DNA of 64,000 nt from a virus (taxonomy: Duplodnaviria; Caudoviricetes). Of the stretch, positions 9,318-19,590 are shown in pieces. The notes below the pieces were generated by a model. It did no database searches. It saw nothing but the letters and a program-made list of their open reading frames with translations, and was not told the origin of the DNA. The DNA is taken from IMG/VR virus record IMGVR_UViG_3300044675_007236. One strand, 5' to 3'. The translations under genes and the position numbers were made by a program. The stretch's first letter is position 1; each line of letters begins with the position of its first letter.

Positions 9318-10121
9318 TTATTTACTGATCAAAGATCCTTCTACAGAAAAAACTATGCCTGCGGGCGTCGTTCTTACACGTAAAGCTGGTTCTGACGTCA
9401 GGCTATCGTTCATTTGAATGTTGAAATTTCCTTGCTCGTCAGGGTAACAATCGTAAGTGCTTTCACCGTTTACGACACGTATAACTCGAATCGGATTGAC
9501 AGGCACAAATAGATCAGCCGGGTTGCATAATCTCTGTAAGTTCAACGGATCTCCTACAACGTCAACACGTATCACAGGCACTATTTGACCTTGCTTGTCT
9601 ACATAATTCTCAGTTCTAAGTACAACACCGTCTTCGCCTACTAGCCAAACCTTACCAGAAGCAATTTGACCGTCGGCAACTTGCAAACCTGTAACACCCG
9701 GATAAGCAGCAGGAACCTGGCAGTTTACGCAAAACTCAGTTTGACCTTGTTCAAAGGTATGCGTTCGAACTCCCCAAGTTGAAAGCAGTGCTAGTCTGTC
9801 TGGGCTAGACACAAGAATTCCACCAGGTCTACCGTAATCATCGACAAGTCGAACTACTGAATCTACAACAGGTAAAACCACTTCGCCATGCAATCTTGTC
9901 GGCAACTCACTGTCGCCCACATAAATTGTAAATTTGTCCGACTGAACTTTAACCTGGGATAAATAGTAACGACCACTACTTTCCGTAGAATAAATATGTG
10001 CATCTAAAAACGTGTCTTCCACAAAAAACACGTTACCGTTGCTTAGGCTTGCCGCAGGAACAAACGGATAATTTGTACTTCGTAAGGAGCGTAAGAGCTC
10101 GGGGTGTCTTATATGTGTCAC
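9318..10121 (-). CDS. tail-tip/baseplate-periphery protein, paralogue 4 of 5
   Basis: N-terminus LRSTNYPF; PIRVIRVVNG...PDEQGNFNI. Confidence 0.75.
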   Translation of the reverse strand: MTHIRHPELLRSLRSTNYPFVPAASLSNGNVFFVEDTFLDAHIYSTESSGRYYLSQVKVQSDKFTIYVGDSELPTRLHGEVVLPVVDSVVRLVDDYGRPGGILVSSPDRLALLSTWGVRTHTFEQGQTEFCVNCQVPAAYPGVTGLQVADGQIASGKVWLVGEDGVVLRTENYVDKQGQIVPVIRVDVVGDPLNLQRLCNPADLFVPVNPIRVIRVVNGESTYDCYPDEQGNFNIQMNDSLTSEPALRVRTTPAGIVFSVEGSLISK

Positions 10122-11806
10122 GCTACTGCCTCGTCAATTCGCCAGTACGAAAAATAGCCTGCAGATCTTTTTGTGTAGAAGCCTGCGTTACCGGCGTCAG
10201 TTTCCCATAACGTTCCAGGCAAACTTGTAGATATTGCAACATCTACAAGTGCAGTATCCACGCTCTTAAGAACAGCCTGCAAATTAACGCTTGTCCTGGT
10301 TATCTCGTTGGGTGTAACCGTAAGCTCGAGATGATACCATTGATCTATAGCCGCCGACGGTACCGCTATTGTCGACAACGGTACTGCGTTTATACCGTTG
10401 AAGTAATACACTCCGAAAATTAAGTTATCGATGTCTAACAAAGCAAACACATACGTATACAGGTCGGCACTATTTAGTCGATAATTTACAATGATTCCGG
10501 CGTTATTTTTGCTGGCTGTACTTAGAGATATCACCTTCAAGTCTGTCGTGTATCTTCTGTAAAGCGATTGCGAATCCAATGTAAACAAGGATATGTTTGT
10601 TCTGGATAGGCTAGGAAGATTCGCTGTACCGTAGCTGTACGAAAAAAGACTAACGGAAGCAGACTGACTGTCGCTGATCGACGACTCACAACCGAAAGCG
10701 GTATTGTTAGGCGGCGGCCCAACGCAACAGAATGCTTCTTCCGGGCTGTCATCAGGAGACATTCCCCAAGTAGCCAAATCCATCGGCGAAAAACTGTATG
10801 CAAAACCGTCATCGAACGTGTCGCAGTATGGTAAAGACAAAAGCGTACTCATAGAATCGCTTATGCTTATGTCAGGTTGTACTGGTGGTTCTGGTGGGTC
10901 TGGATCTGGTATCACAGCTGCCGGTACTTCAGACGGAAGTTTACCGGTGTCCAGCTCAGGCAGGAACGGCGGAGCACATGTGTCCGACAATCCATACTCG
11001 CAGTCTACAACTACACCGCAATCGGCTGCAGTTTTACCTACAATCGCACAGCCTTGAAACTCTAATGTAAGTGTACCGTCACAATCTGGCGACAATCCGT
11101 TAATGCTCTCAATTGGTTGCGGATCGACGCAAGATCGAGACCCGACGCGTCTACCGCATGGCCCAGCAAATTGCGAAAATACTGATTCCGTGTTCTGCGT
11201 TGCAGTCGCTGCTGGCGGCTCTTTTAACCTGAAAACAATAACGTTGTCGTACACGACTCCGCCAATGCTTCTAGCTTCCTTCACTATCTCTAACGGTTGC
11301 TCTGCGTTCAGTCTAACTAAACCAGATACGGCCTTTTCTATGTTGGCAATACCTAGCGTTTCTAATGGAGGTTTACGGATAGGCCTAGCTGCTTTTGCGG
11401 TGAGGCGAGTCTGCAAAGGCGAACTGAACACGCCTCTAAAAAGCTCGTCTGTATTACTTCCAAAAGTGATAAACCCAGCCACGCCACGTTCAAAAGTTTC
11501 TAACCTGTACGTGCGATACGGTGTCAAACTGGCTTTTTCTAAGCTGATGCCCGCTATCAGTTTACTTTGTTGGTTGGTGTTATCTAGTTGATCTGTAACC
11601 TCGATAAGTAGCGTTACAATAAATTCGCTACATGTCACAGCGCTTATAAAAGCGTATTTACCCAGATCCCGGTTCCAACGCAACTGCATGTCTGCGATCA
11701 AAGAGGACGATAGCCGGTGACCTTCGTTTGAGAGGCACGAAGCTGTATCGTCGATCGGATACGCATTTTGTTCGTTGATGTTGTACCAGTGATTGTTGCG
11801 TATCAC
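10118..11806 (-). CDS. Cys-rich tail-tip protein, paralogue 3 of 5, with C-terminal lectin/LamG-like beta domain
   Basis: Likely GTG start at 11806 (GAGG SD, TAGTG overlap); NINEQNAYPI; PIESINGLSPDCDGTLTL; C-terminal DQWYHLELTV...AGFYTKRS...FSYWRI pattern. Confidence 0.7.
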   Translation of the reverse strand: MIRNNHWYNINEQNAYPIDDTASCLSNEGHRLSSSLIADMQLRWNRDLGKYAFISAVTCSEFIVTLLIEVTDQLDNTNQQSKLIAGISLEKASLTPYRTYRLETFERGVAGFITFGSNTDELFRGVFSSPLQTRLTAKAARPIRKPPLETLGIANIEKAVSGLVRLNAEQPLEIVKEARSIGGVVYDNVIVFRLKEPPAATATQNTESVFSQFAGPCGRRVGSRSCVDPQPIESINGLSPDCDGTLTLEFQGCAIVGKTAADCGVVVDCEYGLSDTCAPPFLPELDTGKLPSEVPAAVIPDPDPPEPPVQPDISISDSMSTLLSLPYCDTFDDGFAYSFSPMDLATWGMSPDDSPEEAFCCVGPPPNNTAFGCESSISDSQSASVSLFSYSYGTANLPSLSRTNISLFTLDSQSLYRRYTTDLKVISLSTASKNNAGIIVNYRLNSADLYTYVFALLDIDNLIFGVYYFNGINAVPLSTIAVPSAAIDQWYHLELTVTPNEITRTSVNLQAVLKSVDTALVDVAISTSLPGTLWETDAGNAGFYTKRSAGYFSYWRIDEAVA

Positions 11807-13452
11807 TATTCTTCCTCTGGGGCACAATTACACGACAAACAACTTGTACTTCCACTCATAGTCTGTCGCTCAGATATAGTGTTACCATAAACAACATCAG
11901 GCACAGTTATACCCGCAACTCCGCAAAAAGAAACTATGTCTCCGATAAGATCGCTAGCAATATTTGTCTTAGGCTGACATTGTCCGCTTTCGGCTACTTG
12001 GTTTTCCCAGTACGCGACTACGCCAATAGATACCGAATAAGCCCCAGGACCAGCTGCAAAACAGTCAGGTAGGCACTGTTTACCGTAGAGTGTAGTTACC
12101 GACTGTGGATCAGCGTAATCAACGGTAAAAAGCAATATGTGATTCTCTGCGTCTACGGCTTGAGCCGCCACAGGCTCTGGTTTGTAACAGGTGGTTGGAC
12201 CCTCTAAATACGTGTTCGGACAACTGAAAGCATCTGTGCCATACGTTATCGCACCGAACAGCCTTGGTATAAAGAAAATTTGTATTTTCAAATTGATAAG
12301 ACAACAGTTTGTCGGGTTACAAACGGCGACACCCCAGCGTACTTTGCAGTCGGTGTCCGTGGCAATGTTAACGCGAATAAAGTCACTTTCCCGCAATTGC
12401 TTTTCAGCCAGCCAACGATCTTTATTAGCCCTGTAAAAGTCTCTAGCATCCTCAGCTGTGTGCGCTATGTCTCGATAAAGAAGCCACTGTCGCTTTATGC
12501 CTTGGTAGGTCCTGGCGTAGTATTCACAGTCGCAGCAGTTTCTACAATCATTACCAAATTTAACGGTAGCTCTAGCTTGATTAGGCGACAGAATGCCAGA
12601 AGAGTAGTTAAACGTTCTAGGGGTTGAACTAGAAAGCGAAAGCGGTCGCTGCGTTCTTATACACCCTTCACTGTCTAACGTAAAGTTGTTATGACTGTCG
12701 CTTCGAACTTTGTTGACCGTTCTTAAGACTGTAGCTGTATCCACACAACCTGGAAATACGCCCAGACCTGAACCGGGCTCAGCTGACAGTTGAAGCTTAG
12801 TCGATTTCCTGACGCCGTCCACTAATCCAACCGAACCAAACAGGTTTAACGTCGGAGAGTCAGCCACTATAGGTTCCGGCAACTCTATCGTGAAATTATA
12901 GCCGTTCTGAAGCGTTAAAGCCTTGGCGGCAACTGTCTCATTGCCAATTTTAATCGACTTAATCCTGGACGGTAATTCGTAGCCGCATTCCACGTACAAC
13001 TCACCGTTAACTGGTTCTATGTTGTTATCGTACGTTAGAATCAGACTATCGGTCACATCTTCCGGAGTCCATTGTGTGTGTATCACACAACGACACACAG
13101 CGTCCTGTGTTGCCCATTCAATTACCCTTAAACGGCTGTTCCATTCTTTTACTGTGTAATTAGTTGCAATCGTCGAGTCGAAAACCACGTTACCTTCAGT
13201 ATCTTCGACAACTAGATCGTAGGCGTGCGTTGGTGTAGGTCGATCCGGGAAAGCCGGTACGGAATTTGTCCCAAACCCGTAAAGCCAAGCCAACTTAAGC
13301 GGATACTTTACCTGGTTATTGTTCTCGAAAGAGACAAAAAAGTCCGTAAACAGACGATAGATATCACTGGACGGGGATATAAAAGGATAGAGGTTCCCAC
13401 TATTGGGCGGTTGATTAAGTCCTATCGGTTGTCTACCGCGTGGATGCGTCAT
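11806..13452 (-). CDS. Cys-rich tail-tip protein, paralogue 2 of 5
   Basis: NSGNLYPF; VLRTVNKVRSDSHNNFTL; CRNCCDC followed by a helical segment. Confidence 0.75.
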   Translation of the reverse strand: MTHPRGRQPIGLNQPPNSGNLYPFISPSSDIYRLFTDFFVSFENNNQVKYPLKLAWLYGFGTNSVPAFPDRPTPTHAYDLVVEDTEGNVVFDSTIATNYTVKEWNSRLRVIEWATQDAVCRCVIHTQWTPEDVTDSLILTYDNNIEPVNGELYVECGYELPSRIKSIKIGNETVAAKALTLQNGYNFTIELPEPIVADSPTLNLFGSVGLVDGVRKSTKLQLSAEPGSGLGVFPGCVDTATVLRTVNKVRSDSHNNFTLDSEGCIRTQRPLSLSSSTPRTFNYSSGILSPNQARATVKFGNDCRNCCDCEYYARTYQGIKRQWLLYRDIAHTAEDARDFYRANKDRWLAEKQLRESDFIRVNIATDTDCKVRWGVAVCNPTNCCLINLKIQIFFIPRLFGAITYGTDAFSCPNTYLEGPTTCYKPEPVAAQAVDAENHILLFTVDYADPQSVTTLYGKQCLPDCFAAGPGAYSVSIGVVAYWENQVAESGQCQPKTNIASDLIGDIVSFCGVAGITVPDVVYGNTISERQTMSGSTSCLSCNCAPEEE

Positions 13453-13453
13453 A

Positions 13454-14410
13454 TTAGTCCTCGCAGTTTATACAACGTCGATCACCCAATCTTGCACCCA
13501 GTACCGTAGCGTTAAACGCAGAATTCTCGGCTGACAGCCGGTCTACAAACTGCTGCAACGATATGCGTTGCGAATTGAAGAGCTCGAGATTTTGTGTAAT
13601 TGCCTCTAGTTCAGGGCAACCGCAGCACGGAGCACAGCAAGAATCCGTCAGCTGCAAGCCGTTTGCTACGCTGGAAAACGTCAAGCAGTCGTCGCCGACT
13701 AAATTAAAATTGCCATCCGGAGCGGGCGCAATACCGTTGATTGTTTTGATGCAAGGAGCGTTCGAGGCTTCGCCGGTGCAGGTGCAGTCCGAGATAGTAC
13801 CTTCGCCGCTGATTGCACTTATGACCACCTTAGTCTCTAAGAGCGTATTTATAGTAGTCAGCTGTATGTTTCGGCCTGCAACAAGCTCGATATCGCCGTA
13901 CAGTCTATCCCCTAAAATACCGTTGGAGCTAGCGACACGGATAGAAGATATGCCTCTAATCATCGGACGAATACACTGAGGCTCGATCCGAGTGTCCGCC
14001 AGATTAAAGTTGAAAAGACCTGTTGGTTGTAGCTGGATAGTATCAAGCCTGCTTACAACGACTTTGCCTGTAACGTCGTCAAACGGGTCGATTCCGCCAA
14101 GCGTAAACACTTTGTTGCGTGTAAACTGGTATGAAGGTATCAATGTGGAAGCCACATCTACGATACCCACACCGGAATCGCACGACATAATTAGCTGTAC
14201 ACCTGAGGCATATAAACCTATCTGCCGTATAAAAAAAGTTCCGGTCGACATATCCATTGCTGGAGATATCGGAAGATCTAACCCAACTAAAAAGTCGTCT
14301 GGAATTACAAACGAACCTGTAGTATCCGTTTTCGTAGCGTCTGCTGCTAACGGGTAACTTCGCTGCGAGTTGTGATTTAGGAATTCTAGATTCCAGTTTG
14401 CTAGTGGCAT
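13454..14410 (-). CDS. Cys-rich tail-tip protein, paralogue 1 of 5
   Basis: NHNSQRSYPL; CIKTINGIAPAPDGNFNL; CCAPCCGC followed by a coiled-coil-like segment. Confidence 0.75.
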   Translation of the reverse strand: MPLANWNLEFLNHNSQRSYPLAADATKTDTTGSFVIPDDFLVGLDLPISPAMDMSTGTFFIRQIGLYASGVQLIMSCDSGVGIVDVASTLIPSYQFTRNKVFTLGGIDPFDDVTGKVVVSRLDTIQLQPTGLFNFNLADTRIEPQCIRPMIRGISSIRVASSNGILGDRLYGDIELVAGRNIQLTTINTLLETKVVISAISGEGTISDCTCTGEASNAPCIKTINGIAPAPDGNFNLVGDDCLTFSSVANGLQLTDSCCAPCCGCPELEAITQNLELFNSQRISLQQFVDRLSAENSAFNATVLGARLGDRRCINCED

Positions 14411-14418
14411 CTAAGCTC

Positions 14419-16233
14419 CTAGGAGGTCAGAACTCCAATCTGCTGCATTATACCTACTTCACCTGCATAATTGTCACTAGGATCAGCTGGATTACGCAGA
14501 ACTTTGATGTACACAATGTCACCTGGATTCACAGCAATTGCAGAACTTAAAGCTTCGACGGCTTGATTGGTAGCCACGGTAGCGACAGTTACTATCGTAA
14601 GCGATGTGTAGCTCTGCGTTACTGTAACTGGCGTAGTCAAACCAGCAGGCGGTCTTGCTGTTTTAAAAAAGCTTACAGTTAATTGTGGCAACGTGCCTGT
14701 CGACTTGCCTAAAATACGCGGTCTAAACCGTAGATTGGAATTAGCTGGAGCGTCTCCTGGTACTTCAAACTTTACAACGTAGCTTGTCTGCGTGTCGTTA
14801 GGCATACCAAGGTACATGACCGGGAAACTTTCTTCAGTCACACCCTCGAGACGTACAAGCTGACTTGAAAGCTCCTGTGACGGTTGGCTGAGCACGCCAA
14901 CGCCTATCCTTCCTTGATGGTACGTCGTAGCTCCGACTACAAAAGTCGAATCACTACTCAGTAGGACGTTGTTTGAAGTAGCGTAGACACCCTCTACGAC
15001 CTTACCGCTATTGAATTTGTTTTCGACAGGATCGAATGCCTTGATAACGGTAAAGCCAGAAGTGTTCGTTGCTCCGTTCATCAAAGCTAAATCTAAGTCG
15101 ATATCCAGGTCACCCGTAGAGGCCACATCTGCCTTACCGGAACAAAGTACTTTTAGTCTAGGATCTAAAGACCTAAGGCTGGTAACCGAGCTATTATCAG
15201 TGGCGAAACCAACTTTTGTGAAGTACAGCTTAATAATTATAGGTTTAGATGCCGGGTCGCACTCCGAGTAACCGCTACTCATGGAAACAGAAGTATCGAG
15301 ATCTGTAGCCCAAGGTACTTCGTCGTAACAATCGCTCATCCACCAAATACCGTCGCGATTAACAACGACGAGATCAGACAGAAGTTGTTGACCGTACCAT
15401 TTACGCTCTGCCGATGTATCCCATATGCTAGGCCGCTGCATGATTACCGAGGCTGATTGCAAGGGTATGGGCGGAAAAACATTTTGTAACGAAACATCCG
15501 CAGTCAAGTTATAGCCAAACTTCGCCCCTGACGGTGCCTTATCGTCGAACACGGGATCGTCAGCCGGTAGCCATCCCGGAAGATCGGAGTCGGGCGATGT
15601 GATCACATGCGGGTCGCCTGAGCTAGGTGGTGTGACTTGACCGGCGGGTGCAGCCACGAGGTCAAACACATAGTGTCTGTGATTCTCAAGAAAATCAACA
15701 AATGACGGATTTACAAAAACATTACCGTCGTTGTCGGTCTTACAAACAGGAATTGACAGCGGTGGTGACTGTCGAACAAGTTTACCTGTGCTTACGCTTG
15801 ACAGATACCAAAGTCCCGCAGGTACGTTGTTATCGTTATCTAAGTCGTTCCCAACAGCAGCAGTCAGATCTATTTTTGCGTAACCGAAAAGTAAGATGTC
15901 GGCAAGTGTTGCGTTTAGCTTTTCAGCAACGATTCCCCACACCTGAGACTGGTTAGGTACAACAAGATAACCGGTCGCTTCGTCGGACTCGCTAGTAGCG
16001 AACGCCGGTTCAAATCTAGAAGTCGAGGGATTGAAAAATACAGGCTGACCAACCTGCAACGTCGAAATAACTGTCTGCGACCTGGCATAAACCGTCGATC
16101 CAATGTTAGCAGCTTCAAGCAAGCTTAAAACATACTTTAGATTCTGGTCTAGCTGGCTAAGCGGACGGTTAGCAGTGCCAGGAGCTACAGGCTCGTTTTC
16201 TTTGATATACTGAATAAAACGTGTTAAGCCCAT
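14419..16233 (-). CDS. baseplate/tail-fibre attachment protein (604 aa)
   Basis: N-terminus IKENEPVAPGTANRPLSQLDQNLKYV resembles fibre N-terminal baseplate-binding segments; position after wedge genes. Confidence 0.6.
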   Translation of the reverse strand: MGLTRFIQYIKENEPVAPGTANRPLSQLDQNLKYVLSLLEAANIGSTVYARSQTVISTLQVGQPVFFNPSTSRFEPAFATSESDEATGYLVVPNQSQVWGIVAEKLNATLADILLFGYAKIDLTAAVGNDLDNDNNVPAGLWYLSSVSTGKLVRQSPPLSIPVCKTDNDGNVFVNPSFVDFLENHRHYVFDLVAAPAGQVTPPSSGDPHVITSPDSDLPGWLPADDPVFDDKAPSGAKFGYNLTADVSLQNVFPPIPLQSASVIMQRPSIWDTSAERKWYGQQLLSDLVVVNRDGIWWMSDCYDEVPWATDLDTSVSMSSGYSECDPASKPIIIKLYFTKVGFATDNSSVTSLRSLDPRLKVLCSGKADVASTGDLDIDLDLALMNGATNTSGFTVIKAFDPVENKFNSGKVVEGVYATSNNVLLSSDSTFVVGATTYHQGRIGVGVLSQPSQELSSQLVRLEGVTEESFPVMYLGMPNDTQTSYVVKFEVPGDAPANSNLRFRPRILGKSTGTLPQLTVSFFKTARPPAGLTTPVTVTQSYTSLTIVTVATVATNQAVEALSSAIAVNPGDIVYIKVLRNPADPSDNYAGEVGIMQQIGVLTS

Positions 16234-16242
16234 TTGCTACTC

Positions 16243-16836
16243 CTAGCTCAAAGTGGTTTCCCATTCGATTCCGATCTGACTAGACGGCAGCTTTTGTTGC
16301 TGGTCAGCCGGTTCATAGTACCAACTGCTGTATATCAAGTCTTGAGTTGCGTCAGTATCGTCTACAATCGCAACTAAACTACCGCCGAAAACAACCGAAT
16401 TGGCCGCAGCTGAGAACGATTTACCGTGAACACCGACCGAGCCGCTACTTCTTGCAAAGTACGACATCTTGTTATTTATAAGACCGTTGCCTTCGGAACT
16501 GAGCTCAGCCGCTGTAACTGGAACACGTAGATAATCTCGGTTAGAGCTTAACGCCAAACTGTTATAGTAGTTTACATCGCGAGTTCGATCAAAAACTGGA
16601 GGGCTCACTGGGTCACCCGGATTGTCGGTGTTTTCGAATTCCAAATACATACCACTAATGCGATAACGGCTATCGCCGCTAGTCAACAGCTTCGCGACAA
16701 TAGTCGCCCATTGGTATACGATCAAGTTGTGCTTAAACTCGGTTACCGGCTTCCAGATTAGCTCAGTTGCGATAAGATCTTCGGCGGTATATGCGCGAAC
16801 ACGTCCTGATACCTTTATTGCCGTGGCTTCTATCAT
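16243..16836 (-). CDS. putative baseplate wedge-associated protein (~197 aa)
   Basis: Start at 16836 (TAATG overlap); HNLIVYQWATIVAKLL...ISGMYLEF pattern typical of small wedge/fibre-connector proteins. Confidence 0.55.
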   Translation of the reverse strand: MIEATAIKVSGRVRAYTAEDLIATELIWKPVTEFKHNLIVYQWATIVAKLLTSGDSRYRISGMYLEFENTDNPGDPVSPPVFDRTRDVNYYNSLALSSNRDYLRVPVTAAELSSEGNGLINNKMSYFARSSGSVGVHGKSFSAAANSVVFGGSLVAIVDDTDATQDLIYSSWYYEPADQQQKLPSSQIGIEWETTLS

Positions 16837-18395
16837 TAAATGCACCTTCCACCTATAGTTTTAACTTTTGAAGTTTCTGTTACGTAAACGTCTGAGTTTA
16901 ACGACTCTGAGACAGTTAAGCACTGGAAACTTTCAAAACTTTCAGAGTAACCTGGAGCTATTTCCGTACCTGCAGTTTCCATGACAATCGGGCTATCAGC
17001 GTAAACCAAGTCTACCAGCAGTAGCATCAGGGTATGCGGCGGCATAATTTTTCTAAGCTGGGTTACCGGAACAAATTCTAGCCGATTTTGCAATTTGCTT
17101 CCAGGTTTAACTTTGACAATGAAAAGGTTAAACTTTAACAGATTGTCGATCAAAAACTTTAGAGGGTTGATCTCCACGGGAAGCGAAGACGCTGTTGGTT
17201 GACCGATCGGGTTTTCACGTACATCCAGTAGCATGGCAAGTGTCTCGTTTTTTGCAATGCCGCTCGTATGCACGTCGTGCCAGAACTTGGTTACATCGTT
17301 CGGAAATCCGCCTATTTCCCAGGTGACCTTCGTATAACCATCCTCGGCTAATTCCACATTTAGCGGAACATTTTTGTTAGAAAACACAAGGCCGTCGTAG
17401 AAGCCTTTGGTCAGCATGTTGGTATCTATTGTCAAAGCATCTACGCCGCAATTGATGTCAAACCCTCTGTTGAATTCAACAACCTCGAAAGTGTCGGTGA
17501 GTGCCTGTCCCGCGTAAACAGTTTGACCGATTGAAACTACTGCGTTTGCTGTAGCTGGAAACGTGTAAACGTGTGCGTCTGTGATAATCTGCAAACCGTT
17601 TGTGTCGTTAGCTACTAACTCCACGATTTCTTCGCCGTTAATTACTAACGGAACACCAAACGCTGCGGCTAAAGCTTGTTGCTGCGATCTTACGCTTGTA
17701 CCTTCGTTAAAACTATCGAGTATCGCATTTACAAACGACTTGTAACCAGGGCTAGAACGCATAGGCAGTGAAAGAACGTAACCGAATTGATCGTAAATGT
17801 AGTCCCAATCCCATTTGCTGCGATAGAGCCACAGCGTTATTTCTCTGTCGACAATTTCGCCAACGTTGTTTAACACTTCTCTCTTAGGGATATCTGGGTT
17901 ATCAAACGGATTGCTACGTAAAACTACAGTGCTGTCTTCCAGCCAGAAATCAATACCGTTAATTAGTTGAACAGCTGAATCTGTAATTCTTTCAAAGATA
18001 ACGCCACACTCTTTTAGTTCTTTTGGCTTGCTTACTGCGTAATAATTAGAGTCTGGTATCTGCCCGTAAAACAATTCAGCCTGACTCTTGTAACTGTACT
18101 GAGTACCCGTTTTGTACACGGCCAGTAGACTTGTGTCCGTATTCAGCTCGGATTGCCTTACTTTAATCGCATACCAGTCGTCTTGATGATAAACAGGCAC
18201 GTTTTTACGTGAAACGCTGTTCACAAGCTCTAAGAATTGAGAATTAGCCTGTTGTGAAAGCTGACCGACTACTGAGCCTATGTCTTTAACCAGTGCGTTA
18301 CCCTGGTACAAAGTAGCCCAGAAGCTACCTAGCAGCCCTAGCAGCGAATCCGGCTTGTCGAAATCATTCTGCGGGTACCGGTAAAGTTTCGTCAT
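16836..18395 (-). CDS. putative baseplate wedge subunit (P2 gpI / T4 gp7-like position)
   Basis: 519 aa; LLGLLGSFW N-terminus and FVNAILDSFNEGTS...ALAAAFGVP segment; synteny. Confidence 0.55.
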   Translation of the reverse strand: MTKLYRYPQNDFDKPDSLLGLLGSFWATLYQGNALVKDIGSVVGQLSQQANSQFLELVNSVSRKNVPVYHQDDWYAIKVRQSELNTDTSLLAVYKTGTQYSYKSQAELFYGQIPDSNYYAVSKPKELKECGVIFERITDSAVQLINGIDFWLEDSTVVLRSNPFDNPDIPKREVLNNVGEIVDREITLWLYRSKWDWDYIYDQFGYVLSLPMRSSPGYKSFVNAILDSFNEGTSVRSQQQALAAAFGVPLVINGEEIVELVANDTNGLQIITDAHVYTFPATANAVVSIGQTVYAGQALTDTFEVVEFNRGFDINCGVDALTIDTNMLTKGFYDGLVFSNKNVPLNVELAEDGYTKVTWEIGGFPNDVTKFWHDVHTSGIAKNETLAMLLDVRENPIGQPTASSLPVEINPLKFLIDNLLKFNLFIVKVKPGSKLQNRLEFVPVTQLRKIMPPHTLMLLLVDLVYADSPIVMETAGTEIAPGYSESFESFQCLTVSESLNSDVYVTETSKVKTIGGRCI

Positions 18396-18717
18396 CGGCC
18401 TTTTCGCTAAATATCTTGTCTAGGAAATAGTCTATAGCAAGCTTCATTGTAGCCGATAGCAGCACTTGCAGTAATAGTGTTAGAAGTACTCCACCTGTTA
18501 CGAACTTATAAGCTTTACGCTGCATTTGTTCGCGGGACGCTCGCGGATTTTCTTGCCACGCGTGTTTTACGGCTTCCATCGCCCTTGTAGCGTCTTTACG
18601 TTTCTTTTCGATTCTCAACAGTGCCCGCTGGTCGTTCTTGCTAACGGCCTGCATATAGGTAATTGCACTTATTCCGTTTTCATCGCAGAACTGTTCGCAC
18701 AACACGCTCCAATCCAT
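18364..18717 (-). CDS. small membrane protein with C-terminal hydrophobic helix (holin/spanin-like candidate)
   Basis: ATG at 18717 with GGAG SD; GGVLLTLLLQVLLSATMKLAI. Confidence 0.55.
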   Translation of the reverse strand: MDWSVLCEQFCDENGISAITYMQAVSKNDQRALLRIEKKRKDATRAMEAVKHAWQENPRASREQMQRKAYKFVTGGVLLTLLLQVLLSATMKLAIDYFLDKIFSEKADDETLPVPAE

Positions 18718-18718
18718 G

Positions 18719-19006
18719 TTAATTCTCCGGTTTAAGCAGCACATCTACGGGCGAGTTATCTATTTCAACTTTGAGCCCGTTTCCAATATTCTTTATTGTC
18801 GAAATCGTAGTCTGAACAGACATCGGCCCTACTTTCAGTTTGATTTTAACGGGAGGTTCAAACTTCATTATTCCTCCGCTGATTGTAATCTTTTGCAGTT
18901 TTGAAAAGTCTACGCTCTTTCCGTCAAAGTTTACGCAGCCTGTTTCCAGCAACTTTGTAACCGCTTCGTGCAGCTTTTCAGGTATCTCAATCGGGTAGTT
19001 GAACAT
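18719..19006 (-). CDS. hypothetical protein
   Basis: 95-aa ORF; TAATG coupling. Confidence 0.75.
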   Translation of the reverse strand: MFNYPIEIPEKLHEAVTKLLETGCVNFDGKSVDFSKLQKITISGGIMKFEPPVKIKLKVGPMSVQTTISTIKNIGNGLKVEIDNSPVDVLLKPEN

Positions 19007-19590
19007 TATTGGGGACAGACCTGACCTGGTGGGCAGGTGCTATAGCTGCGAGCTCGCCGAAATATAGTTGTAGGTTGTCTTGGTACGTAGTACTGAGCTG
19101 GAGCTACAACCGAAGATGACCTAGCTGGAGCACCGTAAGCGGAATAACCGTTATGTAGATTATCGTGCATAGTCTGTAGCTCTTGCATAGTTTTACCGTC
19201 TACATTCAAGCCGTGTACGCTTCTCAGGTGATTTGCCAGTTCGACAAGCGTATAATTCCAGTTGCCCTCAACATTCCAGCTAGATCCCGGCATCCGTGTT
19301 ACGCCTTTTTCCACAGCCGTAACGGCAGCAACTTCCGTTTTAACGCTTTCAAGCGTTGACTTTTTCTCTTTAGCCTTAGCTTGAAGCTCAGTAACAGCCT
19401 GCTCTATGCGGTCAAGTGTGGACCGGTAACCTTGCAACTCTGTCATCGTCTCAGCGTGAGACTTTTGTACCGAGTCTGCGACTGCTAGGTTAAACCTTTC
19501 AAGCATGTCATCGTTAAGTGGTTTTGACTGTGGTACGCAACCTACAAGACAAAGCAACGCTAAAACTAAAAAGCTATTCAGCAATTTCAT
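19006..19590 (-). CDS. lipoprotein with coiled coil and His-rich motif
   Basis: MKLLNSFLVLALLCLVGC lipobox; coiled-coil segment; HLRSVHG...MHDNLH; ends CPPGQVCPQ. Confidence 0.75.
   Translation of the reverse strand: MKLLNSFLVLALLCLVGCVPQSKPLNDDMLERFNLAVADSVQKSHAETMTELQGYRSTLDRIEQAVTELQAKAKEKKSTLESVKTEVAAVTAVEKGVTRMPGSSWNVEGNWNYTLVELANHLRSVHGLNVDGKTMQELQTMHDNLHNGYSAYGAPARSSSVVAPAQYYVPRQPTTIFRRARSYSTCPPGQVCPQ

Noticed and set aside
6126-16233. Diversity-generating retroelement or invertible tail-fibre cassette
   Set aside because: No reverse transcriptase, invertase or recombinase gene, and no near-identical template/variable repeat pair noticed; the paralogues are deeply diverged
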